DNA of 64,000 nt, taken from NCBI GenBank assembly GCA_043775015.1, contig JAYVSV010000098.1:7501-71500 (forward strand), in the 5' to 3' direction. The notes below the pieces were generated by a model. That model made no database searches, was not told where the DNA came from, and saw only the letters and a list, made by a program, of their open reading frames with translations. A program made the position numbers and the translations under genes. This document shows positions 35,541-45,300 of this stretch, one piece after another. The DNA is from Verrucomicrobiota bacterium (GTDB lineage: Bacteria; Verrucomicrobiota; Verrucomicrobiia; Limisphaerales; CANJXF01). Every line of letters begins with the position of its first letter. Within the stretch, counting starts at the first letter, position 1.

Positions 35541-36050
35541 ATGAAAAAACGTTTTGCTCTCACCAGTGCCGTAATCCTCGTTTTGTTCGCGTTGAACGCG
35601 CCCGATTTTGCCTCTGCTAAACCGTTTGAACACAATGCGAAAGTCAAACCAGCCTTTGCAGAGGAGTTGATCGCGAAGGAGCGACAGGTCTGGGAAGCTT
35701 ACCGGGTGCGAGACGCGAAGGCCCTTGGCCAACTGCTCGCGGAAGATTTTTACGCAATTGAAGATGTTGACGGAGAAATCATGACGAAGAAGGAGGCATT
35801 GGAAGGTTTGAATGGCCTCGATTTGAAAAATTTCCAAATGGAAAACTTCAAAGTATTCAAGATTAACGAAGGTTCTGCCATCGTGCGCTACAAAGTGAAA
35901 GTAACGGGTGAAGCTAAAAGTCATCCGATGACCTCGCATTGGTCGATGGTGTCCTCGGTCTGGGTAAAGCGCAGCGGCAAATGGCAAAACCTTTCCTACC
36001 AGGAAACCTGGATTGAACAAGAACATGGACATGCCGCGCCGAAGAAGTGA
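35541..36050 (+). CDS. Secreted SnoaL/NTF2-like (DUF4440-type) protein
   Basis: Signal peptide MKKRFALTSAVILVLFALNA, then ..QVWEAYRVRDAKALGQLLAEDF...SVWVKRSGKWQ. Trimmed to the Met at 35541. Confidence 0.7.
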   Translation: MKKRFALTSAVILVLFALNAPDFASAKPFEHNAKVKPAFAEELIAKERQVWEAYRVRDAKALGQLLAEDFYAIEDVDGEIMTKKEALEGLNGLDLKNFQMENFKVFKINEGSAIVRYKVKVTGEAKSHPMTSHWSMVSSVWVKRSGKWQNLSYQETWIEQEHGHAAPKK

Positions 36051-36091
36051 AGGGTTCGAGATGTGACCCCCCCATTGGTTGCTATTGAGGA

Positions 36092-36125
36092 TGGAGCGGG
36101 TGAAGGGAATCGAACCTTCGTCTCC
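36092..36125 (-). repeat. Partial tRNA-Gly (3'-terminal 34 nt): distal att-type direct repeat of the island
   Basis: tggagcgggtgaagggaatcgaaccTtcgtctc matches 63101-63133 with one mismatch and the same orientation. Confidence 0.85.
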
Positions 36126-36220
36126 ACACACATTTTTCAAGCCGTTTAATTGCAATTACTTAGTGTTTTGTAAAAATCCATTTCCTGCACTTTTTATTCT
36201 CACTCTTATTCTCACCCCGT

Positions 36221-36445
36221 GTGGCGAGCATTGTTAAACGCACCAAATCACAATACTGGACTGCATGCTTTACCAACCGCGACGGTCGGCAAATGAAGCG
36301 GTCAACCAAAACAACGGACCGCAATCAAGTCCTTCAAGTGGCCATCGAATTGGAGCGCGTCGAGAAACAAGCCAATCAAGGTATCCTCACCACAAATCAA
36401 TTGCGGAAAGTTTTGAATGATGTTTCGGAAAGAGTGAACGGATGT
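36221..36445 (+). pseudogene. Tyrosine recombinase/integrase, N-terminal fragment only (about 75 aa)
   Basis: MASIVKRTKSQYWTACFTNRDGRQMKRSTKTTDRNQVLQVAIELERVEKQ is a typical integrase arm-binding N-terminus. No catalytic domain follows. Confidence 0.7.
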
Positions 36446-36717
36446 GACATGACGGCGCTGGCCACATCAGAGTTGCGTTGCAACTGGTGCAACTCGTGAT
36501 GCGCTAATGTAAGACCAATCCGATATTTGCGAGCGCCGGACAAAATTTCGGCCATGCTCGGCGTGATATAATTGTGGAATTCATCAGCGTAAATCCAGAA
36601 ATCGCGTCGCGCGGTGATCTGTTTGGCCTGACGGCTCATCGCCAACTGTTGAAACTTTGAAACGAGCAATGTGCCCAGCAGATAGGAACCATGTTGCAGT
36701 CGGCCATTGAAGCCTTT
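36429..36717 (-). pseudogene. Conjugative coupling/TraD-VirD4-like AAA ATPase, internal fragment
   Basis: ..LLGTLLVSKFQQLAMSRQ....RRDFWIYADEFHNYITPSMAEILSGARKYRIGLTLAHHELHQL contains a Walker-B region (DEF). It has no N- or C-terminal remainder. Confidence 0.55.
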
Positions 36718-36881
36718 GGTCGGATTTGTTCCAGGATTAGTTTTTGCGTGTTCGGCAAGGAGGGACCTGCGCGGTTGTGGTAATGGTTGTAGCCCACCTC
36801 CCACGCGCCGATCCGGTCGCGCGTTGCGGTGTTGTTATTGCACGTGCCTTGCATCGAGCCGGTGAGCAGTTGGGTGGCCAA

Positions 36882-37016
36882 AGACCAGTCGTCGGCGATG
36901 GCAAAGAGAATGTTGGGGCACGGCGGCGCGGCGGCAACCGTGGCGGCGCCCGCCCGCCAAACCGGCAGCAGCGCCAGCACGGCGGTCAACAGCCGACCAT
37001 TGAAAGTTTTTTCCAC
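36882..37016 (-). pseudogene. Sulfatase 5' fragment (signal peptide plus PNILFAIADDWS only)
   Basis: GTG-EKTFNGRLLTAVLALLPVWRAGAATVAAAPPCPNILFAIADDWS, after which the sequence is no longer sulfatase-like. Confidence 0.4.
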
Positions 37017-37121
37017 ATAATCGTCCGTCAACTTCGCCAGTTGGCGCGGTCACGGCAATACACCCGTTCGGGGAGGTTGCCGCCCGCCACGACAATAGGC
37101 AAACTGCCTGCAAATCAGTCT

Positions 37122-38552
37122 ATGATTTCAAATCACAAATGCCGCCGCTGGTTCTGCGGGTTGACCGTGGGCAGCCTCATCCTCGCCGCGTTCACGTCGG
37201 CGGCGGTGAAGCCCCCGCCGCCAAACATCATTTTAATTCTCGCCGACGATCTCGGCTACGGCGACATCGGTGTGTTCAACCAAAACACCCGCGCCGCCGC
37301 CGGCCATCCGGCCATTCTCACCCCGCGCCTGGATCGGATGGCCACCGAAGGCCGGCGGTTCACGCAATTTTACGCAACCCCCTCCTGTGCACCTTCCCGA
37401 GCCGCCCTGATGACGGGCCTGCACAACGGCCACACGGACATTCGCAGCAACGGTGAGAACCTCAACCTGGATCGCACCGTCCGGATTTTGCCCGCCTGGC
37501 TCCAGGCGGGCGGATATGCCACGGGTTGCTTCGGCAAATGGGGCTTGGGCGAACGTGATGACACGCTGCCCACACCCACCGCCGCCGGCCAGATCGCGGT
37601 CGGCGAGGCCATTCCCAACCGCAAGGGCTTCGATGAATTTTTTGGTTATCTCTCACACTCGGCGGCGCATTTTTCGTTCGCGCCAGAATTGCTCGCGGTG
37701 CGTGGTCGGCGTCTCTGGGACACCTTCGGCACCAACCTCGTCGCCATCGAACCGCCGGCGGCTCACACCCAGGATTTGTTTGCCGCGCGGGCGCTGGATT
37801 TCATCCAACGCCACCGGCGGGAACCGTTTTTTCTTTATCTGCCCTTCACCCTGCCGCACGCCAACGCAACGATGAATCGCCTCGACGCGCCCACAATTGA
37901 ACCGGCCTATCGCGACCAGCCATGGCCGGACTGCGAAAAAAAATTCGCCTCCCTCATCACGCGCCTGGACCAGCACATCGGCCAGATTCTGGACAAGCTC
38001 ATCGAACTCGGGCTGGCTGAAAATACTCTCGTGCTCGTGGCCAGCGACAACGGCGCCCACTACGCCGGTGGCCACGATCATCTTTTCTTCAATAGCAGCG
38101 GGCCGTTTCGCGACCGAAAATTTTCCCTGTATGAGGGCGGCGTCCATGTGCCGCTCCTGGCCTGGTGGCCGCAGCATATTCCTGCTGGCACCACCCAAGG
38201 ACAGGTGGCCGCGATTTGGGATTTATTGCCGACCTTTTGCGAACTGGCACGCGTGACGCCACCGCCGGAAATTGACGGACACTCCATCGTCTCCGCTTTA
38301 CTCGGACAACCCGTCCGCCCGGACCACCCGACCCATCTGTATTGGGAAATACCGCCCGCCCGTTCCAGTCCGGGCAGCCAGGCCAGCCGCCTTGGCGAAT
38401 GGAAAGCCGTCCGTCGCGGCACCAATGCGCTCGAACTTTACAACCTGTCCGCCGATCCCGGGGAAGCCACCAATGTTGCGGGCATCTATCCCGCCCAGGC
38501 GGAAAAAATGAATCTCCTCCAGAAAAAATCCACCCGCCCGCCCGCCCATTGA
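37122..38552 (+). CDS. Formylglycine-dependent (type I) sulfatase
   Basis: Signal peptide, PNIILILADDLGYGD, and SCAPSRAALMTG (CxPxR). Start trimmed from the 36744 ORF to the ATG at 37122. Confidence 0.9.
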   Translation: MISNHKCRRWFCGLTVGSLILAAFTSAAVKPPPPNIILILADDLGYGDIGVFNQNTRAAAGHPAILTPRLDRMATEGRRFTQFYATPSCAPSRAALMTGLHNGHTDIRSNGENLNLDRTVRILPAWLQAGGYATGCFGKWGLGERDDTLPTPTAAGQIAVGEAIPNRKGFDEFFGYLSHSAAHFSFAPELLAVRGRRLWDTFGTNLVAIEPPAAHTQDLFAARALDFIQRHRREPFFLYLPFTLPHANATMNRLDAPTIEPAYRDQPWPDCEKKFASLITRLDQHIGQILDKLIELGLAENTLVLVASDNGAHYAGGHDHLFFNSSGPFRDRKFSLYEGGVHVPLLAWWPQHIPAGTTQGQVAAIWDLLPTFCELARVTPPPEIDGHSIVSALLGQPVRPDHPTHLYWEIPPARSSPGSQASRLGEWKAVRRGTNALELYNLSADPGEATNVAGIYPAQAEKMNLLQKKSTRPPAH

Positions 38553-38720
38553 GGACTCCACAACGAGGATGAACTTTGACCACCCATCGCTGAGGTTCGC
38601 TTGCTCGCCTTCCCCGGCCCGCTTTCCACTACGCGGGCGGGACGGTTTCCGCGCACCTATTCAGGGGTATTGCGAACCCCATCGCTGGCGTCCAAACTAA
38701 AAGCCGTGTTCGAAAAAACC

Positions 38721-41700
38721 ATGAACGTCAGAGCCAGTTCGCCGTGGTTTTGGGCCGTAAAAAATATTTTAAGTAACTGCTGGCTGCCACTCATCGCCGC
38801 CAGCAGTTCCTTGCCCGCCGCGCCTGACCACGGCGTCATCCATTTTTACGAGCCAAAGGAAACGCACCGCGCCCAGTCCGACGCGCATGATTTCGTCGTG
38901 GCCGGTGCCGAAGGAATTTTTTGGTGGGGTGACCTCGAACGCGAAGAAGGCGTCTATGATTGGTCGCGCGTGGATGAAGAAATTGCCGCGTGGCAGCGAG
39001 GCGGCAAACGCTTGGACATCCGCCTTGGCACTGCGCACAACTCGCCCTTCATCGCACCGCAATGGCTCTTCGACCGCTACCACGTCCGCCGCATCGGGCG
39101 CGGACATTGGACGGATTGCGAAGCGAATCTCGGCGACTACGTTCTTGGCGCGGACGGCCAGCGCACGGACAAATTGCCGTTCGTTGTTGGCGGCAATTTT
39201 TCCATCGCCAGCGTCAAAACCGATGCCGGAAAGAAAAGTCTCTGCGCGCTTAATCCGCAAATTCACCTCGACGCCGATGGGTTTTACGCCGTGGAATTCG
39301 ATTGTCGCACCTCGCAGCCCGTCACGGGCTGGGTGGAAATCTCCAGCGCCCTCGGCCATTCCACGAATCGTCTGACCTACACGGCTACGGCGAATAATCC
39401 AGCCAGCCAGTCCTTCACCCTTCAGATGCCGCCGTTCGCCGATGGGCAAGTCCGCTTCGGCTACGACGGGCCAGGCACGCTGTCGCTCGACCATCTCAAC
39501 ATCATCCGACTTGTAGGCGAGCCGCCGACCCACACCAATGATTTTGAAAAATCCAACCGGGACTGGGAACTCCGCGCCGGGGCACAAATCACCCACAACA
39601 AAAAACAAGTCATTACCGGTCTCGCTTCGTTGTTGATCACCGGCGGCGAAACAAATTTGCCCAACGGCCTCCGCAATCACGCACCCGATTTCGCGCTCCA
39701 GCGTGGCGAAGGCTATTTGTTTGAATTGAATTACCACGCCCTCTCCGACGCAACGCTTCGCTATCGCATCATCAATCACGACGCACCTTACGATGTCCTC
39801 GACAAACAGACGCTAAACATTCCGGCGGGCAAATCCGGTCGCCAAACGTTTTATTATCCGGCCTTTCTCTGGCGGGATCATTGCGACGTGGAAATTAGCG
39901 TCGTTGGTTCCGGCGAAGTCGTGATTGACGATTTGAAATGGGTGCGCTGGAGCGACCGCGTCACTTGTTTCCCGGATTATTTCAATCCGGTGTTTCAGGA
40001 AAAATGGACGGCCTTCATCGCGAAGTTTGCCGAACGCTACGGCGAAAATCCCGCCATTGGCACGATCAGCGTCGGCGGTTTTGGCCGCTGGGAAGAAACC
40101 ATTCTCGACGATGACGCCTATGGTGGACTCGATGAACAATGGCTCGCGCGTGGCTTCACCCCGGAAAAATATCTGGCGCGCATCACCGACTGCCTTGATC
40201 TCTACCGCCGGTTGTTGCCGCACAAATCACTTCGCATCTGTCTCGCTTACGGACTTTACCAGAAGAATCATCGTGACTGGCTTTATCGCCGCGTCGCCCA
40301 GGCTGCCGTGGCACGCGGAGTCGGCCTCAAGCAAAATGGTTTGAGCGAAAAATGGGATATGTGGGACGACAACACCAGCGCGAGCTACCTGTGGAATCGT
40401 TACCGTTTCACGCCGGGCGTCACGCTCACACTGGAAACCGGCGGCCAAATTGCACGAGCCGGCCCGGGCGGCGGACACCCCATTTCTTTTTTGAATCGTG
40501 GAATGATTGATGGTGCGGATCTTTTGTTTCTCTACGGCAGCGACATTGTTGCCCAGCCCGTTCATCAATACCTCCGCTGGTTGACCGAGCAGATGGGCCG
40601 CCCTCTCATCAGCCGATTTTACTGTCGGCTCGGTGACACGTCGTTGAAATACGATCACTCGCCCGTGCCGCTGGAGTATCGCAATCTCTGGCTCGGGCTG
40701 CGCCAGTTTCAGGACGCCAACGCGCAGGTTATCTACACCAATCGACTCGGCGAAAAGTGCGCCGCCACCAGCCCCGGCAATCCGCAAATTATTTTCGACG
40801 TGGACGACCGCCAGCAGTATCACGGCATGAATGGCGTCGTGCTCTCCGTGCAATATCTCGATGAAGGTACGGACAAATTTGAGGTCAAAGTCTTCAATCA
40901 ATCGTCGCGCGCCTGGCAAAATCTTGGTGTCGTTCAAAAAACCGGCAGCGGCCAGTGGCGCACGGCAGCGTTCGCGCAGCCGGATTGGTGTCGCAGTTCG
41001 CGCAACAGCGGTGAGGATGACCATTCGGATGTGGTCATCAACGACTTGGGCGACGGCGCGGAATTCATCGCGAATTTGGAAATGAATTTTGTTCCTGCCC
41101 GCGAATGGCAACGCACACTGCTCGCCGCCAGCGAACCGGCGGCGGCGCACGAAGTTTTAACGAACATCCTCAGCCGCGAAATTGAAATCCCCGCTGGCCA
41201 GCCGTTGAACTTCGTCGCCGTGCCGCTCTGGACGGGCAGCCTCGAAGCCAACGGCCTGCGTGGTCACGTCTTCGCGCTGACGGAGGGCGGTGAGAAATTA
41301 GTCAGCGACAAGGAATACGCGCTGCCTGCCGACAAAGATTGGTTCGAGCTGCCCATCGTGCCAGAACCAAATTGCTCGCGCTACAGAATCGAGTTGAGCC
41401 AGCCGAAAGGTTCGGTCGGGTGGTATCGCGCCGCCGATGGCTCGCTGCCTTTCCGCGCGTGGCGTTATGCTGAAAGTGAAACCAAGGCGGCGAAAATAAT
41501 TTCACTGGGCGAAAAAATTGCGCTCAATAAATCCTTCAATTTCGCGGCGGACGAACCGTTTTTCGGCCTGCACTTGAATCTTGCGGGGACGAATCACGCT
41601 GTTATTACTGCCCGATTGCGACGTGAATTGCCCAGCGCGGGTTGGTCGCCTATCATCACCGAGCAAGTCGTCACGTTGAATCGTGACCAGCCAACGTCGC

Positions 41701-42311
41701 TGTGGTTCGAGCCGCAGACTGCTGGCAATTATCAAATCGAACTCACCACCACCAACCGTGATTCAACCGCAGCTACCTTGGTTCGCGGGCGCGTGGTGGA
41801 ACCAATTTTTCTAACCCGCCGCGAATCGCCGCAGCGTCCACTGCCATTTGCGCCGCGCGGCGGAATTGCTTTATTTCAACCGACGGCAAACGGTGAACCG
41901 GCATGGCAAAATTTCAGAGGGTTGAAAATTTTGAATCGTGAAATGAACACATTTTACGCGCAAGTCATCGCGTCTGACGCAGCGTTTGAATTCACGCTGG
42001 CTAAACCAGCGACGACAGCTACGAACCAGTTGCTCGCGCTCCAATTACGAAACGGCACAAGTGCGGGCTTGGCACGAATTTTTTGGGCTGGCGCGGGCGA
42101 GCCATTTGATCCGGTGCGCTCTGCGTGGATTCCGCTCGTGGCGAATGACTCCGAGTTGCGCGAATACCATTGCGAGCTCGGACTCGAGGCCAACTGGCGC
42201 GGCGACATCACTCGCCTCCGCATCGAACCCGCAACGGGACTGACCGAACGCGGCACGCTCAGCCTCGGCCCGATTCGTTTATTGAAGTCCACTGGTTTCC
42301 AGGCACTGTAA
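38721..42311 (+). CDS. Secreted 1196-aa glycoside-hydrolase-like protein: TIM-barrel halves separated by two jelly-roll inserts, with C-terminal beta-sandwich modules
   Basis: FWWGDLEREEGVYDWSRVDEEIAAWQRGGKRLDIRLGT and, about 330 aa later, FNPVFQEKW..FAERYGENPAIGTISVGGFGRWEE resemble GH42/DUF4832-type barrels. A CBM4/9-like segment lies between them. The functional call is tentative. Confidence 0.6.
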   Translation: MNVRASSPWFWAVKNILSNCWLPLIAASSSLPAAPDHGVIHFYEPKETHRAQSDAHDFVVAGAEGIFWWGDLEREEGVYDWSRVDEEIAAWQRGGKRLDIRLGTAHNSPFIAPQWLFDRYHVRRIGRGHWTDCEANLGDYVLGADGQRTDKLPFVVGGNFSIASVKTDAGKKSLCALNPQIHLDADGFYAVEFDCRTSQPVTGWVEISSALGHSTNRLTYTATANNPASQSFTLQMPPFADGQVRFGYDGPGTLSLDHLNIIRLVGEPPTHTNDFEKSNRDWELRAGAQITHNKKQVITGLASLLITGGETNLPNGLRNHAPDFALQRGEGYLFELNYHALSDATLRYRIINHDAPYDVLDKQTLNIPAGKSGRQTFYYPAFLWRDHCDVEISVVGSGEVVIDDLKWVRWSDRVTCFPDYFNPVFQEKWTAFIAKFAERYGENPAIGTISVGGFGRWEETILDDDAYGGLDEQWLARGFTPEKYLARITDCLDLYRRLLPHKSLRICLAYGLYQKNHRDWLYRRVAQAAVARGVGLKQNGLSEKWDMWDDNTSASYLWNRYRFTPGVTLTLETGGQIARAGPGGGHPISFLNRGMIDGADLLFLYGSDIVAQPVHQYLRWLTEQMGRPLISRFYCRLGDTSLKYDHSPVPLEYRNLWLGLRQFQDANAQVIYTNRLGEKCAATSPGNPQIIFDVDDRQQYHGMNGVVLSVQYLDEGTDKFEVKVFNQSSRAWQNLGVVQKTGSGQWRTAAFAQPDWCRSSRNSGEDDHSDVVINDLGDGAEFIANLEMNFVPAREWQRTLLAASEPAAAHEVLTNILSREIEIPAGQPLNFVAVPLWTGSLEANGLRGHVFALTEGGEKLVSDKEYALPADKDWFELPIVPEPNCSRYRIELSQPKGSVGWYRAADGSLPFRAWRYAESETKAAKIISLGEKIALNKSFNFAADEPFFGLHLNLAGTNHAVITARLRRELPSAGWSPIITEQVVTLNRDQPTSLWFEPQTAGNYQIELTTTNRDSTAATLVRGRVVEPIFLTRRESPQRPLPFAPRGGIALFQPTANGEPAWQNFRGLKILNREMNTFYAQVIASDAAFEFTLAKPATTATNQLLALQLRNGTSAGLARIFWAGAGEPFDPVRSAWIPLVANDSELREYHCELGLEANWRGDITRLRIEPATGLTERGTLSLGPIRLLKSTGFQAL

Positions 42312-42314
42312 TTT

Positions 42315-45300
42315 ATGAAGAATATTTCGACCATGCGAACGATAATCTGGTTGCCCAAGTCCCTCTGGCGCGCGCTCGCGGTTCTGTTGGCGACCGCGGC
42401 GCTGACCACCGCCTTGGCGGATCCGCTTGATGAAACGGCGCGCAACACCTTTCATCTTTCACCCATTGGCGTGTGGGATCAGCGCCCAGGCGGCACGAAC
42501 TCTGTGGTGGGCTATCGCTCGCGGATGTTGTCCCTGACGGGCGGAGTGATGCCCAAGAATGTGAAGGCGGGCGTCTCCTCCGGTCTGGAATTTCTCCAGA
42601 GCACACACGGTGGTTACTACGATTATCTTTTCAGCCCCGGGAAGGTTCTTGATTTCACAACCTACACGGTGGCGGAAATTGATTACGTGACGGGCGTGAT
42701 TATTTCCAACGACATCCCGTTTGGCGTCCATGTCAACGGCATGCCGTGGGCTGACAGCGCCATCCAGAGCGAAGACATCCTCCATAACTACCTGGAAAAA
42801 TTTGGCGGCGGCAGCTACCTGCAGGTGGATCGCCTGGGGCGCATCCGCACCGGCACCTCAACCGATGTGACCACGAACGAGGTTTTCTCCGCTTCGGACG
42901 CGCTCGAAATGCAAGTCACGCTCTCGCGCAACGCCACGCTGGTACAAGACTATGCCGGTCGCAATTGCCGCATCGCCATGCGGGTGCTGGGGTCACAACG
43001 GGAGCAGCATCCCGACTTAATCACGTTCGCCAGCATGTCCTCGGAGGTCGCCCAGAATATTCATGCGAACACTGAGTATTGCGATTACAGCTCGTGGTCG
43101 AAACAGGAGTTTCGTGATTGGTTGAGCGGAACAAATCTTTACGCCGGGCAAGCGCAGTATGCGAGTCTGACGAACTTTAACGCCGCGTTCAGCGGGGCGT
43201 CCGGATTTCCGTGGGCGTCCTGGGATGTCGTTCAGCCTCCGACCAACGTAAATTGGAGCACATTCACCGCCACCGGCCGCTGGTGGCGTAAGTGGCATGA
43301 CTTCCGCACCAATCAGGTCGGGCAGATGGTTCAGGCGCAAGTCGGGTGGTGTCGCGACGCGGGTTGGAATCCCGACTCGCTCTACGGCCATCAAATCCCC
43401 CTCGACCCCGCCAGCACTTCCGATGATGACCGAAAATACGCGTCACCCTGGACGACCACCTTCGTGAATGGCGCCGGCAATGGCATCACCACCTATTACG
43501 GCAATGCCTCCGCCACGAATATCTTCTCCGCGATTCGCGCCAACGACAAAAACTGGGGCATCTTTGAGTATAACCCGATCACCAACAGCGTCGCCGCCAA
43601 TCTCGCCGCGCTCGACACGGTCTGGAATTCCGGCGGACGCGTCATCGCCCCTTACACTTGGTGGGGCTTTGACACATACCAGATTTATGATCGGCCTTTG
43701 CAAACCGCGTTGTCGCAATTTATCTTCAATCATAGCAACCAGTCCTTCACCAACCTGGCGCCTTACGAAGTCAGCCCTGCCGCCCGCGACGTGATTTGGG
43801 CGATGAGTGAGAGTGACGACATTGAGAGTTCATCCGGGGTGAGCGCGCTGGTTTTCACCAATGGAATTTTGTCCGGTCAGATTACCAACGCCACGCCGAT
43901 GCTCTCCTTGGAATTCAACGAATCGCCGACGCGCTTTATTCTTTCCGACCAATACTACGCGGCCTCGTTTCGTTTCTACCTCAGCAATGCCCTGGTCGGC
44001 TTCGGCCAGATCGCCTGGGTGGATAACACCGGCGCGACCAATGCCGTCACGTTCCCCGCGCGCCCCGGCTGGAATGTTTACCGCGTCAATCTCGCCGAAA
44101 ATGCTGCGTGGCGAGAAAAGAAGATCCAAGCCCTCGAATTTCGACCGGCCTCGGCCAGTGGGAATTTCAGTCTCGATTGGTTCCGGCTCGAAGCCGCCCC
44201 CTGCTGGCACTTCGATGACGCGAACGAAATCTATGGCGTCAACGATGTGACCAACGCAACCATTGCGGGCGGCATCTTCAGCGGCACGAGCGGGCCGGAT
44301 GCGTATTTCTATTTCTCCACCGACAAGCGCAATGCAAGTGAGGATGCCGATCGCGCTTACGTGGATGCCAACACCTACAAGAAAGTTCGAGTGCGCCTGA
44401 CTTCTTCTACTGCGAGCACCGGGCAGATGTTCTGGTGGAAACGGGGCACTTCATTTTTCACCACCACTTTCGCTGTTGCTGCCGGCACCCAAACCTACGA
44501 GTTGGATCTGTCCGCCGATCCGAATTGGACGGGCGACATCACGCGCCTCCGACTTGATCCCGTCAACCAAGCGGGCATCGCGTTTGAGGTGGATTACCTT
44601 TCCGTCGCGCCAGTCATGCTCCCGCCGCGCATCGCCAACTCCGATCTCATCGTGAATTCTCCCGCGCCCGTTTTCCTGTGGGATGGCGCGTTCGAGCCGA
44701 ATCATTCCGGCGTCAGCTACACGCTGGAACTCTCCACGAATTTCTTTTTCACCAACGCGGTATTCGCGACGAACGGCTTGACCGGCAGCCGGCTGGTTTA
44801 CAACGGCACGCCGGTGCTGGACGGCCTCTACTGGTGGCGCATCCGCGCCCGCGACGCGGCGGGCAACCTCTCGCCGTGGGCCGTGCCGATGCCGATGTTT
44901 GTCCGCACCTGGAACTTCAACCAACTTGCGGACATCGCCTCCTCAAATCAATTTGGGGCCGCTGCCATCAACAGCGGAGTCTGGCAGGCGACGAGCAGCG
45001 GCAACGACCCGTATATGAATTTCAATACGGGCAGTCCCTCCAATCGCGGTGTCAACGCGGACCTTTACAATCGGTTTGTTTGCCGGGTGAAAGTGGCAAC
45101 GGGGGTAAATAATTTTGCGCAATTCTTTTGGTTTCCCAAATCCGGCGGGTTCGCTTTTACCAGTCCCACACTGCCCGCCGATAACGCGTGGCATGATCTG
45201 GATATTGATCTGAGCCAGAACGCGCAGTGGAAAGGGTATCAAGACTCGGTGCGGCTTGATCCGACTTCGTTGCCCGCCACACAAGTCTCGCTCGACTACG

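Noticed and set aside
35469-36155. 228-aa minus-strand ORF
   Set aside because: It is antisense to the secreted NTF2-like gene, and its 5' end runs into the partial tRNA-Gly repeat. No motifs.
36744-37121. 126-codon N-terminal extension of the sulfatase ORF
   Set aside because: The extension is Arg/Gly-rich, overlaps the minus-strand sulfatase fragment and precedes a perfect signal peptide that starts at the ATG at 37122.
38769-41150. 336-aa and 307-aa minus-strand ORFs (38769-39779 and 40227-41150)
   Set aside because: Both are antisense to the 1196-aa GH-like gene and have shadow-type composition. The sense frame has a signal peptide and recognisable barrel and CBM-like patterns.
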